Of a stretch of 64,000 nucleotides of DNA, positions 1-9,880 are shown in pieces. The stretch lies in IMG/VR virus record IMGVR_UViG_3300048997_000353, positions 32,001 to 96,000 of that record; one strand, written 5' to 3'. Within the stretch, counting starts at the first letter, position 1. Each line of letters starts with the position of its first letter. The stretch is from a virus. The notes beneath the pieces were generated by a model that searched no databases, was not told where the DNA came from, and saw nothing but the letters and a program-made list of their open reading frames with translations. The translations under genes were made by a program, and so were the position numbers.

Positions 1-1232
1 GCGCCGGTCTGCGACGCAGTTGCGCTCGCGGACTCGAGCGAGGCAATTTTTGACTCAGTTTCTAAAGTGAGGACCTGTTTCTTGGCTGTTGCCCATCTCT
101 CCGTGGCGGCTGTGACTGCATTCGAAGCAACGGCCTGCTCTTGGATCGAACCGGATACAGTCGCGTCCATTAAGGCTGTGTTTGCTTGCCGCACGGCGAC
201 TTCGGATGCTGTCACTTCCTCATTGGCAGCAACCAGCCGTTGTTTTACGGTCGTAGCTTCGTTCGTCGATTGCTGGAGAGTAGCTGACGCGGTCGTCGCC
301 GCTACCGCTGATTGTGCTGAAGTGTTTTGCGCGTCAGCCAGAGCCTGTTCTGCCGTTTGTAAATTGGCATCGGCATTGGCTTGATTGGCCCGTGCGACCG
401 CGAGTGCCTCTGCTGCGGGAGTGGCCGTAGCTCCAGTGCTTGGTGATTCCTGGCTCGGTGGTTGATTTTGCGGGAATATTTTAGCGAAATTGGTTGCTTC
501 CCAATCTTCCTTGGCCGCTTCGCCTGTCATCCACGCAGGCCTATTGGCGGACTCAGCTGCGGCTAGCTGTTCGGCTTCTGCCAATCTCGCATTCATTTCA
601 ACGAGTCGTTCCCTCGCAACCGTTACGTTATTCGTTAGGGTTTCGAGATTTACGAGTGTCGCTGTTTCCGCTGTTTCGGTAGTAACAAGAGACGATTCTG
701 CAAAGGCTTGGGCGTCAATATCCTCGGCCACACCGGGTCCGCCGCCAGCGAACACTGCTCTCGGACCTGCGGAGAATGGATCTCCACCGCCGCCACCGCC
801 GGGCGGAATGGGCGGAATGGATGGGATTACTGGCTTGACAATTTGCGGCGCGGCCGCAACCTGGTCGAGCAGAGCCCTATATTCTGCTACGGCTTCATTC
901 AGTTGTTTTTGGAGAACTGCGCCCCTCAGCCGTTCTTCGTTGTATTGCCTGAGCATCGAGGGGCTCGGCTCATCGGTTCCGATATTTTCTCTGCTTTGTC
1001 TTACGGCAAGCTTGGCGGCAGCAACCTGATTTTCCAGATCGAGTTGTTTGGCGGCGGCGAGTTCTAATTTTTCAACGAAAGCATCGGAGGCCAACCCGGC
1101 GGTGGCAAAGACATCGCCCATCCGTTCGGTGGCTTGTGTCGCGGCGTTAGCCAGCCGATCAAAGCCAGGAAGAATCTGGCTGAGATCAATGACGGCTCCG
1201 ACTTCAAGAATTTGTTGCGGATCTTCGGCCAT
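1..1232 (-). CDS. Tail tape measure protein, N-terminal part (runs off the window)
   Basis: Open frame from ATG 1232 (MAEDPQQILEVGAVIDLSQILPGFDRLANAATQ...). Ala/Gln-rich helical composition; lies directly after the tail chaperone pair. Confidence 0.75.
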   Translation of the reverse strand, partial: MAEDPQQILEVGAVIDLSQILPGFDRLANAATQATERMGDVFATAGLASDAFVEKLELAAAKQLDLENQVAAAKLAVRQSRENIGTDEPSPSMLRQYNEERLRGAVLQKQLNEAVAEYRALLDQVAAAPQIVKPVIPSIPPIPPGGGGGGDPFSAGPRAVFAGGGPGVAEDIDAQAFAESSLVTTETAETATLVNLETLTNNVTVARERLVEMNARLAEAEQLAAAESANRPAWMTGEAAKEDWEATNFAKIFPQNQPPSQESPSTGATATPAAEALAVARANQANADANLQTAEQALADAQNTSAQSAVAATTASATLQQSTNEATTVKQRLVAANEEVTASEVAVRQANTALMDATVSGSIQEQAVASNAVTAATERWATAKKQVLTLETESKIASLESASATASQTG

Positions 1233-1553
1233 TTATGATTTTCTGTTGAGCAATCCTTCCGCCCAGCGGATCTTTTCCCGGATCGACTCCGGCATATTGG
1301 AAGTTTCCATGCCAGGCATTTCCATCAATCCACTGAAGTTCTTTTCTGTATCTGCGGATTCTTCTTTTTCAGTTTCGGCTGTTTTCTTTGATCCCGTTGC
1401 CGCTTCCCGCCAATATTCCAAGAGATCAATGATTCGGCACAGGCTGGCATCATCGATTTGTTCGAAACTCCAGCCGACGCGCGTGATGATGAGCCCATAG
1501 ATTGTTCGCCAATCTATTGAGTTGGATTTTGCGTCGCGGTCGGCTGCCCCCCC
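1233..1553 (-). CDS. Tail assembly chaperone, -1 frameshift extension (gpT/GpE-like)
   Basis: The -1 frame after the G GGG GGG run at 1547-1553 reads ...IDWRTIYGLIITRVGWSFEQIDDASLCRIIDLLEYWRE...LNRKS. Its stop abuts the tape measure ATG. Confidence 0.75.
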   Translation of the reverse strand, partial: GGAADRDAKSNSIDWRTIYGLIITRVGWSFEQIDDASLCRIIDLLEYWREAATGSKKTAETEKEESADTEKNFSGLMEMPGMETSNMPESIREKIRWAEGLLNRKS

Positions 1554-1906
1554 GGGCGTGCGATAAATCCTGATTGCTCCGCAACCTTGACAACGAGATC
1601 TGCCAATTGCGAGACAGAAACCAGATCGGCCAATTCATCGACCGTCAGTTCTGGAACATTTCTTGAAATGGCTGCATGCAAAATTTGCAGCATCCGTTCA
1701 TTGCGCTCAGGCACGTTCTCGACGGTTACCCCTTGATTGATGGTGATCAGTTCCGGCCAAAGCTTTTTCGCCTGCGATGTCGAAAGTGATGGAATCACAA
1801 ATGTGCGATTTCCAATCTTAACTGGCTCGCCTTCATAGTTGGGTTGGCCGTTCCCATTTCCTTCTGACACTCGAAACCTCCTTTGAAATCTGCGTTCTTC
1901 CCGCAT
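1514..1906 (-). CDS. Tail assembly chaperone (gpG-like)
   Basis: Position between tail tube and tape measure; slippery G7 run near the 3' end. Confidence 0.75.
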   Translation of the reverse strand: MREERRFQRRFRVSEGNGNGQPNYEGEPVKIGNRTFVIPSLSTSQAKKLWPELITINQGVTVENVPERNERMLQILHAAISRNVPELTVDELADLVSVSQLADLVVKVAEQSGFIARPGGQPTATQNPTQ

Positions 1907-1955
1907 GCGCAGCCCGCGTCAATCAAGATCACTCACTTAGGGAGTGAGGAAGGTT

Positions 1956-2696
1956 TTAGAAAAGATCAGCCATGATTTTGCCGATGTTGCCGCTGGCATC
2001 GGCGTTCGCGGACCCGTCAAAATCAGAGATCCAAAAATCCTCGAGCTTCGTTGGAGCGCTGATTGTGCCCAGGGTGACATCGTTCAGCTCAATGGCTAGA
2101 TACTTGCTGCGGAACTTGTTGAAAAGCAACATTGACAGTTCCGGGGCATAACCCATGAGCTGGTTGATGATGGAGATGGTCGCGCCACTGTTGACGAAGT
2201 AGTTGTAGGAAATCGCAACCACGTTCGTGTTGTCACCAGCGTTGAAGGTGTAAACGCCAGTGCTGAGGTTGGGGCCGCTGTACTGACCCACACCAGGAGC
2301 GCCCGCTACATGGACCAGAGCCTGCCCGGTGGACTTGTATGTAACGCCCCAATCTTCAACGATGGGTACATTGCTTACCGTGGCGGCGGCGGTGGTGACG
2401 GTTTGCGATTCGCTGTCCACCTGCAGGTTGTATCCCTGCGTTTGGGTTTGCGCGAAGTAAAGCTGGTTGAGCATCGCAATGTCATAGACTGCGAGTTTTC
2501 CTTTGATGGTGCAGTCCAGCTTGCCGCGGGCCGTCGCGACAGCGAATTGGTTCTGCCCATAGAGCTTTTTCAAATCGCCCTTGAAGGTAACGTCGCATTC
2601 CTGCAGCACGTTGAACTTAAATGCGGACGGATTCGTAGGCTGATTTCCGGCGGATGGCTTTCCATAAAGCACACCAGACCCGAACTGAATATTCAC
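1956..2696 (-). CDS. Major tail (tube) protein
   Basis: 246 aa beta-rich protein (QFGSGVLYG...KKLYGQNQFAVATARGK); position upstream of the chaperones. Confidence 0.7.
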   Translation of the reverse strand: MNIQFGSGVLYGKPSAGNQPTNPSAFKFNVLQECDVTFKGDLKKLYGQNQFAVATARGKLDCTIKGKLAVYDIAMLNQLYFAQTQTQGYNLQVDSESQTVTTAAATVSNVPIVEDWGVTYKSTGQALVHVAGAPGVGQYSGPNLSTGVYTFNAGDNTNVVAISYNYFVNSGATISIINQLMGYAPELSMLLFNKFRSKYLAIELNDVTLGTISAPTKLEDFWISDFDGSANADASGNIGKIMADLF

Positions 2697-2756
2697 AAAT
2701 TCCTCCTGGCCGGCTTACGCCGGATTATTGCGGCCGGAAAACTTTCTGGCTCACGA

Positions 2757-3254
2757 TCATACACCGTACGGACCTGGCAAAATGAGAACAGGAATTGCGA
2801 TTGTGATCTGTTCGTTCACCACTTCCGTATGGACGTTGCCCTCGATCCACACATGATAGACAAGGCCGCCGAGCGTTTGCTTCTCATAGGGCGGAAAAGT
2901 GGTATCGAGCACTCTCGCAATTCCCCACACAAAATAATTGGCCGCTGTGGTGGGCAGCGGATTGGGATTGGCGCTGGCATCCGCTCTCAGATAAATGACG
3001 ACCAACGCGGAAAATAACCATTTGGTTGGCCCCAACAATGCATTCTGGGCAGAACCATGTTCGGCCAGAAGGGGTCCGGGTATCACACGAAGCGCTGGCT
3101 GATCCGAAACCGGAACGTCGTCGGGAGGATCCGCGAGCCGCTTCATTGACTTGAACGTTAGCCCGCTTGGGAAAGTGGCTTGTCCCAACAGCGCAAACAA
3201 CGCTTGATAGACGGCTTCCAGATATGTTGGATCTTCAAATGGAGTAACTGGCAT
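2757..3254 (-). CDS. Tail terminator/completion protein
   Basis: 165 aa with a C-terminal QTLGGLVYH motif typical of tail terminators; synteny. Confidence 0.6.
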   Translation of the reverse strand: MPVTPFEDPTYLEAVYQALFALLGQATFPSGLTFKSMKRLADPPDDVPVSDQPALRVIPGPLLAEHGSAQNALLGPTKWLFSALVVIYLRADASANPNPLPTTAANYFVWGIARVLDTTFPPYEKQTLGGLVYHVWIEGNVHTEVVNEQITIAIPVLILPGPYGV

Positions 3255-3257
3255 GGT

Positions 3258-3707
3258 TTAGCTACCGACGACTTCGTCTGTGCCCTCCCAAACAAATTCA
3301 GAAACCGGCAAGTGTTCACGGCAATGGCAGCAGAACGTAGCCCCGTAATAGGTATTGTCGCGCGCATAGGTTTCAGCGAGCGCGCGGCCCATGGTTGTGG
3401 TTGTGCCACACTTTGGTTTCAGTTGTTTCTCCGCCCAGAACCGACCTCGGATGGAATTGGGATTTTCCGGATAAGCTTCGAACGAAACGTACTGATATGC
3501 CGCGTACCGTACCTTTTCTTCTTCGGTGAGATCGCGAAGCGGATACTTTGGCCGATCGCCAACATGCCTATAGGATTGCCGGACTGGACGGATGAAGCCT
3601 TTGTCACGCTCGCTTTGCGGCAGCACAGCGTAGCTGCGGTATTGCCCGTCGGGACCAATGGGGCCATTGTCAAACGGTTCATGCTTCGGCTTTTCAACAG
3701 TGCTCAT
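3258..3707 (-). CDS. Hypothetical Cys/His (Zn-finger-like) protein
   Basis: YRH...KCG...FCCHCREH motifs; tightly packed in the operon. Confidence 0.55.
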   Translation of the reverse strand: MSTVEKPKHEPFDNGPIGPDGQYRSYAVLPQSERDKGFIRPVRQSYRHVGDRPKYPLRDLTEEEKVRYAAYQYVSFEAYPENPNSIRGRFWAEKQLKPKCGTTTTMGRALAETYARDNTYYGATFCCHCREHLPVSEFVWEGTDEVVGS

Positions 3708-3709
3708 AG

Positions 3710-4306
3710 TTACCCCGACAGCGCATCCGCTGCAGACCTGAAAATCCTCGACGTCATCATTGCTCTCATTTCGTTGAGCGCGCTCCGCATGTACGATCGC
3801 TGCGGCAACGGAGGATGAACGACATGCTTCACGACGATTCCGCCCAAGCCTGCAAAGGCGGAGCTCGTGCCAGGCTTCAATGTGCCCGCGCGCTGGCCCT
3901 GTTTGTAATACAAACGTCTGCCGAAAATCCGGCCCGCGCCGGCCCCTTCCGAACCGCCTGGGAAAAATGCCAGGGCCAATTTATTTTTCGGGTAGATGTC
4001 ATAGGTGCGCTTGCCGCCTTCCTCTTGTACCTGGGCGTAGGCTCCCGCAGCGCCTCCACCAGCCTGCACGCTTCCCGTGATCGTTGTGCCCGTGGCAACC
4101 GTGGGCCGCTTGTTCACTGACCGGAGAAGCGCGCTCCCGCGCGCCTGCAAGACTTCTCCTGAAAGTTTTTCCTGGATCCGCTTCATGAGAGCGAACATGA
4201 GCTCGTCCATCGTTTTAGTTAAGGTGGAAACAAGCTGCGGCCCCTTGGAACGGATGGCGGCGGCGACACGTTTATCCGACTGGCGAGGAAATGTAATTTT
4301 GATCAT
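3710..4306 (-). CDS. Neck/tail completion protein (HK97 gp10-like)
   Basis: Basic protein with YAQVQEEGG and HPPLPQRSYMRSAL motifs. Confidence 0.65.
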   Translation of the reverse strand: MIKITFPRQSDKRVAAAIRSKGPQLVSTLTKTMDELMFALMKRIQEKLSGEVLQARGSALLRSVNKRPTVATGTTITGSVQAGGGAAGAYAQVQEEGGKRTYDIYPKNKLALAFFPGGSEGAGAGRIFGRRLYYKQGQRAGTLKPGTSSAFAGLGGIVVKHVVHPPLPQRSYMRSALNEMRAMMTSRIFRSAADALSG

Positions 4307-5268
4307 TCGATGATCGCCTCACGCTTGTACATGAGAAAAATATTCCAATATTCTCGAGGAAAGTCCCAGGACTGATAGCTTGTGGTGGCCATGGACTCCT
4401 TGGCCGAGGTTGTCCTCGATCGCTGGTCCTGCCAGCCTTTCCGTTTGTAATTGAGGGCCACGATGCAACGTACTCCGTACTCCAGATCGGAAGGAACATC
4501 CGGATAGCCCGCCGTGTATTGAACTTCAATGTTCCCCTCACCGCGTTGAAACACAGGGCCCCGCGAAGAAGATCCGAACCGGTACGATAAAACTCCCCCT
4601 CCACCATTGCGGATCCCGATGTACCTTTTGGACTGGCCCACGTAGGCGCCAAGGCTGAGCGGTCCGGTAGACAAGGGAATCGCAAGTCCTGATTGCGTGA
4701 CAGCGATGAGGGAGCGGATGGGCCCACTTCTCAGCATGAGCCTGTTATTTCCGTTGCCGTTATAGATTTCATCCAGAGTGGCAATTGAATTCAGGCTGGC
4801 TTGACCAGACCAATTAAGAAGCCACTGGCTAAATCCCGTGACCGCACTTTGAATTTCAACATCGTCGCTATCGGATGCGATCTCGGCGCGGTTCTTGACG
4901 GCATCGACCGTTGTCAGGTCCACTGTCGATCCGGCCGTCTCAATGACGACTGCCTGTTCCTTGTGGTAAATAGGAGTCGAGCCAACTAGCCCATCAATGA
5001 CCAGCACATACCCTGTTCCATCTAATTGCGGATCGAGAGTGCCGGGCACGGTGGCTGAATACTGCCCAGCCGAAGCGGCGATGTACGGCAAAGGCAAATT
5101 GTTGATGGGAGAAACCGGTGTGCCCGGGATGTTGTCCGGGTCCCTCGTCGATCGGCCCGCATAGAGGGTTGCAGTGACGGTGGCGTTATTGATTGGAGAT
5201 CCTGATGTATCCGCCAACGTCCAGGCCAGCACAAATGAAGTGCGTACAGGAATGGTTAATGATGGCAT
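4303..5268 (-). CDS. Head-tail adaptor with an extra N-terminal beta domain
   Basis: C-terminal part DLTTVDAVK...NIEVQYTAGYPDVPSDL is gp6/gp15-like; about 115 extra N-terminal residues. Confidence 0.7.
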   Translation of the reverse strand: MPSLTIPVRTSFVLAWTLADTSGSPINNATVTATLYAGRSTRDPDNIPGTPVSPINNLPLPYIAASAGQYSATVPGTLDPQLDGTGYVLVIDGLVGSTPIYHKEQAVVIETAGSTVDLTTVDAVKNRAEIASDSDDVEIQSAVTGFSQWLLNWSGQASLNSIATLDEIYNGNGNNRLMLRSGPIRSLIAVTQSGLAIPLSTGPLSLGAYVGQSKRYIGIRNGGGGVLSYRFGSSSRGPVFQRGEGNIEVQYTAGYPDVPSDLEYGVRCIVALNYKRKGWQDQRSRTTSAKESMATTSYQSWDFPREYWNIFLMYKREAIIE

Positions 5269-6794
5269 CAGTTGATCTTTCCTTCGCCCGTAATGGGAAT
5301 TGCAATCCCACTTCCACTGTTCACGTACGCTCTCCCAGCGCCCGACGTGAAGAGTGCCACAAAACTTCCTTTGGTCCCATCTAATTTGACTATAGTTCCG
5401 AGGCTGGATGTCAAAGAAACACCCGACACGACAACCACTGCGTCGCCAGAGATCATTGCCGGATGGACCGAAGCGACAAGTTGACTTCCCGTTGCCTGGA
5501 CATTCACGTCCCCGGAAAGAGTGACGGTTCCCTGGCTCGCGCTGAGCGCCAAACCAGTCACATGAACGGTGACGTCGACGCCTTGACTGACGGTGACGTT
5601 GCCCACTGTGGCCGTCACGCTGTTTCCGGTCGATGCGACGGCGGCCGATCCGCTCACTGAAACTGTGCCGATGGATGAGGAAAGAGTCTGCGCCGGGGCC
5701 TGAACGCTCGCGCCCGCCGACGTTGAAACGTTTCCTGCTGTCGCGCTGGCCGAAAGTCCTGTGGCCTGGACGGAGGCAGAAGCAGAGACTGACGGATTGC
5801 CCACGCTTGCAGCGATGGCGACGCCGGTTGCAGCAACAGTGACACTGCCTCCCGCTTGAACGCCGACGGTGCCTTCTTGTGCTGACAACGAAAGCCCTGT
5901 TGCGGCCACGACTGCGCTGCCTGTTTCCGAAACGGTACCAACGGCCGCAGTGATCGAAACTCCGCCGGGAGAGACATTCGCGCTTCCTGCTTGAGTGGTC
6001 GAATGAACACTGGACGTGATGGCGTTGCCCGCTGTTGCAACACTGGCGCTTCCAGTTGTGGAGATTGAGCCTTCCTGCGCGGCCAGCGCATTGCCCGTGA
6101 CAGCAACGCTAGCGCCTGCAGATGGCGTGACCGTGCCTTCCTGCGTGGTGAGCGTATTCCCGGCTGCTGCGACGTTCGCGTCCCCGGTTACGCTCACAGA
6201 TCGGACCGAAGCGGCCAGAGAATTTCCCGTAGCCGCGACTCCCGCACCGGCCGTTGTCGTTACCGAACCCTGTTGCGCAGAGAGAGAGTTACCAGTGACG
6301 GATACAACCGCAGCCGCCGAGACTGTCGGCGTGCCCTCTTGCGCGGCCAGCGAGTTTCCCGTTGCTGCGATATTTGCTGTTCCGGTTACACTCAGGGACC
6401 CGACTGAAGAGGTGAGCGAATTCCCGGCAGCCGCGACGCCAACGCCAAGGCCGAGAGTTACGGATCCCTCTTGCGCGGCTAGAGTATTACCAGTGACCGA
6501 AAGACTCGCGGATGCCGCTACTGTTGCCGTGCCTTCCTGTGCGGCGAGAGCGTTGCCCGTTGCGGCCACGTTCGCGTCCCCGGTCGCCGAGATACTGCCA
6601 GCAGATGAAGTAATCGTATTCCCGGCAGCCGCCACACCGGCGCCTGCGGCTGGCGTGACAGTTCCAACGGATGAGGTGAGCGATACACCCGTCACAGCGA
6701 CAGAAATATTTATGATTTGGGCTGGTGTCAGTCCCGGATTAAAGAACTCCTGCGGCGGAAATACGTGACCGAGCGATTGTCGTGGGAAGGGCAT
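5268..6794 (-). CDS. Repetitive Ala/Ser/Thr/Gly/Val-rich virion protein (fibre/beta-solenoid-like)
   Basis: About 20 imperfect ~22-aa repeats such as VAATGNALAAQEGTATVAASASL. Confidence 0.7.
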   Translation of the reverse strand: MPFPRQSLGHVFPPQEFFNPGLTPAQIINISVAVTGVSLTSSVGTVTPAAGAGVAAAGNTITSSAGSISATGDANVAATGNALAAQEGTATVAASASLSVTGNTLAAQEGSVTLGLGVGVAAAGNSLTSSVGSLSVTGTANIAATGNSLAAQEGTPTVSAAAVVSVTGNSLSAQQGSVTTTAGAGVAATGNSLAASVRSVSVTGDANVAAAGNTLTTQEGTVTPSAGASVAVTGNALAAQEGSISTTGSASVATAGNAITSSVHSTTQAGSANVSPGGVSITAAVGTVSETGSAVVAATGLSLSAQEGTVGVQAGGSVTVAATGVAIAASVGNPSVSASASVQATGLSASATAGNVSTSAGASVQAPAQTLSSSIGTVSVSGSAAVASTGNSVTATVGNVTVSQGVDVTVHVTGLALSASQGTVTLSGDVNVQATGSQLVASVHPAMISGDAVVVVSGVSLTSSLGTIVKLDGTKGSFVALFTSGAGRAYVNSGSGIAIPITGEGKIN

Positions 6795-6829
6795 GGTTGG
6801 TTACTCCAGTGCTCGTGGAGCAACCTCCC

Positions 6830-7573
6830 TTAATTCAATGACTGCATCGCTGTCCATGTCACGGACAGTGACCCAGCCACTGAAAACGTGACAAAAAAGT
6901 TCAACGCACCGTAGGTTCCAAGGGTTCCGGCTCCGGTTGTATCGACCGAGACCGCGGCAGTGCTCCCAAACACTTGCGTCCAACCAGTGCTGGCCGTGGC
7001 TGCCGTTCCCTGCACGCTGAAGATTCCAGTGAGCCATGCCGTTGAAGTTGTGGCGACTTGAGAGATAGTGCGATAAATCAATTCGCCTTCTAGGCGCCAT
7101 GGGGCGTTCGTCAAGCTCGGAGTATAAGTTTGCGCGACGGACGTGCCCATGTCCGTACCGCCCGCCGTGGCACTGCTTCCAGGGCCGTGGATGGGATCGA
7201 TAATACACGTGCCAGTCAGCCCGGTCGTTAGAATCCCGCCCAAAGCAAAACGGAAAACCTGTGCAGCGTTCGGGCCGCTATTCACACCGTAAGGAAGAGG
7301 TAAACATTGGTTCGCTTGAGCCTGCGTCAACATCAACGTCTTCGTTGTCGTCGAGGAAATGTTGGCAGCGGTTACGATCAGTGGATCGGCAATGAGCGAG
7401 TTGAAATACTGCCGAGCCATCGCCTCCGCGCGTGGCCCCTTGTAAAATGGGTCCGCAATCGTTTTCTTTAGGAGTCGACCCGTCCTGATATCCCGCACAA
7501 CCTCGCTATAAACCGGTTGCCCGAGTTCTGGGTGCAAATACGGGTTTCTATCCCTGCCCGCTAATATCAGCAC
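6830..7573 (-). CDS. Putative virion structural protein
   Basis: Thr/Gly-rich beta protein within the structural block. Confidence 0.55.
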   Translation of the reverse strand: MLILAGRDRNPYLHPELGQPVYSEVVRDIRTGRLLKKTIADPFYKGPRAEAMARQYFNSLIADPLIVTAANISSTTTKTLMLTQAQANQCLPLPYGVNSGPNAAQVFRFALGGILTTGLTGTCIIDPIHGPGSSATAGGTDMGTSVAQTYTPSLTNAPWRLEGELIYRTISQVATTSTAWLTGIFSVQGTAATASTGWTQVFGSTAAVSVDTTGAGTLGTYGALNFFVTFSVAGSLSVTWTAMQSLN

Positions 7574-7582
7574 GGTGTCTCC

Positions 7583-8311
7583 TTATGCCAAGCCCAAGAT
7601 TGCGTTGCCAGCCGTTTGCGCGGGAAACGTAATTGAGAACGTACCGTTCGTTGAGGTCTGGTCCGAACCGAAGTTCAGGACAAAACAAGCCGCGCCGCCC
7701 GCCGCGTTCAACACTTTCGAGGAGTTGTAGATCAGCGCGCCACGAGCGGCGATCGTTGCGCTCGTGAATGAGAGCGTGTTGAACAGGCAACAGGATGTAT
7801 CCGTCGATAGCACTGGCGTCGTAGACACCAGCGCGCCCCCACCCGCCGCGTAGGAGCCGGAGTTTCCCACTTCGTTCGTCGCCGAATAATTCGTGGTCGT
7901 CTTGTCGAGCGAGGCTGAGGAAGTGTACAGGGCCAGCTTGAAGGTGTCACCAAGCGTGCAGGTCCCCATAGCGCCGGAGTTGGCACTGTTGGTATTCGTG
8001 GTTGTGACGGTCGTGGCGTTCGAAGCGGTAATCGAGTAGGTGCCATTATTGGCAGCAGTACCGAATCCGGCAGCGACCATCACCTGTCCAGCCAGTCCGT
8101 TGTTTGCCCCTCCGGTCAAGGTAACGGTATATACACCCGTGCCCGCCGCTACCGATCCGGCAGTCGCGGAGATATTCGAGAAATTGTGGACACCCTGAAG
8201 AATCTGGGTCTTGAAGCTATTGCAAACGGCTTGCGTGATGACGCCAACCACGGGGAGCACGTACCAACAGTGGTGAAGCAGGAACAAAACAAGCATGTGC
8301 GCGAGCTGCAT
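7583..8311 (-). CDS. Conserved phage virion protein (ITQAVCNSFK...FKLALYTSSA...ARGALIYN type) with an internal insertion
   Basis: Recognisable widespread phage structural family, usually next to the repeat protein seen at 5268-6794. Confidence 0.65.
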   Translation of the reverse strand: MQLAHMLVLFLLHHCWYVLPVVGVITQAVCNSFKTQILQGVHNFSNISATAGSVAAGTGVYTVTLTGGANNGLAGQVMVAAGFGTAANNGTYSITASNATTVTTTNTNSANSGAMGTCTLGDTFKLALYTSSASLDKTTTNYSATNEVGNSGSYAAGGGALVSTTPVLSTDTSCCLFNTLSFTSATIAARGALIYNSSKVLNAAGGAACFVLNFGSDQTSTNGTFSITFPAQTAGNAILGLA

Positions 8312-8322
8312 TTTTTATTCTC

Positions 8323-8622
8323 CTAGAGGCTCGTTTGGCCGGCGAGCATTTTTGCCATGTACTCTTCGCTGACCTGCACATTACAATCCCTGCGGACCAG
8401 AGTGCCGTCCTCAGAGAAATATTCAGTGGTAACGATTTTCCCGCACTCCGCGTCCTTAACAGTTTCGACTTTTCGGCATCCTGTGATATCGGCGACTTCA
8501 GACATTCTGGCTTGACTCCTGTCTCCGTGCATAAGGCAGCGAGAGATTCCCCGCTGCCCATACACACCCGAGAAGAGGTTCCCGTCCGGCCAACGAGTTG
8601 CCCCCTCAAGATCGTCGTTCAA
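8323..8622 (-). CDS. Hypothetical protein
   Basis: ATGA overlap with the upstream gene; operon packing. Confidence 0.5.
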   Translation of the reverse strand: MNDDLEGATRWPDGNLFSGVYGQRGISRCLMHGDRSQARMSEVADITGCRKVETVKDAECGKIVTTEYFSEDGTLVRRDCNVQVSEEYMAKMLAGQTSL

Positions 8623-9500
8623 ATTTCGCCAGCTACAACGGTCGCAGGCAAATCACCCTGGTAGACGTGGGCGCCCATGTGCGTCGTCCGCACCCATGGG
8701 CACATCCAGATCTTGAATCCTATCGCTTTGCAGTCCATGCAAAACCAATAGTCCTCGGAATCGTATTCCCGCGTGTCCGGATTGATACCTACCCGAAAAA
8801 AGTCGTGGATGGGACCTGGCAAGAATGATGGGTCGCTACGCGGTTCAAACCACCGGTCCGGGTATTCCTCTTTGAACTTCAAGAAGACTTCCCGTTTAAT
8901 CATGAGCATGCCCGTGCCCATGTTCCGCATTTCCTGCATCTCGCCCATATCAATCTGCCGGATACCGTCGAATTTTTCGAAGTTGAAAACGAAATCGCCG
9001 CCGATCCTGGCGAGCTCGTCCGCGGTGAATTCCTTGTTATGCTTTCGGATGGCACGTTGCACCCGGTCCCACCGGATGCTTTTCTTGGAGCACGGAACGC
9101 CGACGATATCCCGGTCCATTTCGAGCATGCCGAGCACATCGATCGGATCAAACCCGATGTCCGCATCGATAAACAGGGCGTGTGTGCAAGTGCAGGATTT
9201 AAGGAACTGGTCGACGAGCCTGTTGCGCGCGCGGGAAATCAGAGACTCGTTGTAATTCAGAGAATATTCAAACTCGACATTCAGGGCGGTACCGCGCGGC
9301 GGTGCGGGCGGCGGCGGAAGCTGGGCGCCGGCGGCGAGCGCGGCCTCGTGGAACTTGAGCAGTTCATCGTGGTGCTTTTTATTGAGATTAATCGCCTGCA
9401 TCCACAACAGCAAACGATTGAAAGATTGGAAGAAATTCTGGGTGTTCACGCCGCCGTACATGGGCGTGAGAATGTGAAGGCTCTTACCTTCGAGACTCAA
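8619..9500 (-). CDS. GT-A fold glycosyltransferase (phage type)
   Basis: ILTPMYGG, NESLISRARN, LFIDADI (DxD), GTGMLMIKR and SEDYWFC motifs. Confidence 0.85.
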   Translation of the reverse strand: MSLEGKSLHILTPMYGGVNTQNFFQSFNRLLLWMQAINLNKKHHDELLKFHEAALAAGAQLPPPPAPPRGTALNVEFEYSLNYNESLISRARNRLVDQFLKSCTCTHALFIDADIGFDPIDVLGMLEMDRDIVGVPCSKKSIRWDRVQRAIRKHNKEFTADELARIGGDFVFNFEKFDGIRQIDMGEMQEMRNMGTGMLMIKREVFLKFKEEYPDRWFEPRSDPSFLPGPIHDFFRVGINPDTREYDSEDYWFCMDCKAIGFKIWMCPWVRTTHMGAHVYQGDLPATVVAGEI

Positions 9501-9880
9501 CTATTCGATTCCGTGCCTTCCTGGTCCACTGCTAAGGATGTACTGACATTTTCTGCGGCCGGATCGCTGACTGAGTTTCCTTCCAGTAATTCGGGTGCTC
9601 TGTGCTTGAGCGCCCACCGAAGCGTGAGCGAACTCATGGCAAAGTCGTCCAAGGTTCCCTCCTGGGAAGATTCAGCGTGCTGCAACACATACTCGCCGCG
9701 CTCCATGCCATCGGCGAGTTTTCGGATGGCCTCGATTGCCAATTTCGTATTCAATCCAAACTTAAAGGATGTTTTGGCAGTTCCAATCGCGGTTGAAAAA
9801 TCATAGGACGTTACGTCTACGGGGAACTGGCTGTCCGGACCTCGAAGTTGCTTCATAGGTTCGCCTCTGAGTTGCTTCAC
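9497..9880 (-). CDS. Hypothetical protein
   Basis: ATGA-type overlaps on both sides. Confidence 0.5.
   Translation of the reverse strand: MKQLRGEPMKQLRGPDSQFPVDVTSYDFSTAIGTAKTSFKFGLNTKLAIEAIRKLADGMERGEYVLQHAESSQEGTLDDFAMSSLTLRWALKHRAPELLEGNSVSDPAAENVSTSLAVDQEGTESNS

Noticed and set aside
8311-8325. Amber read-through fusing 8323-8622 to 7583-8311
   Set aside because: The downstream ATG is not in frame with the TAG.
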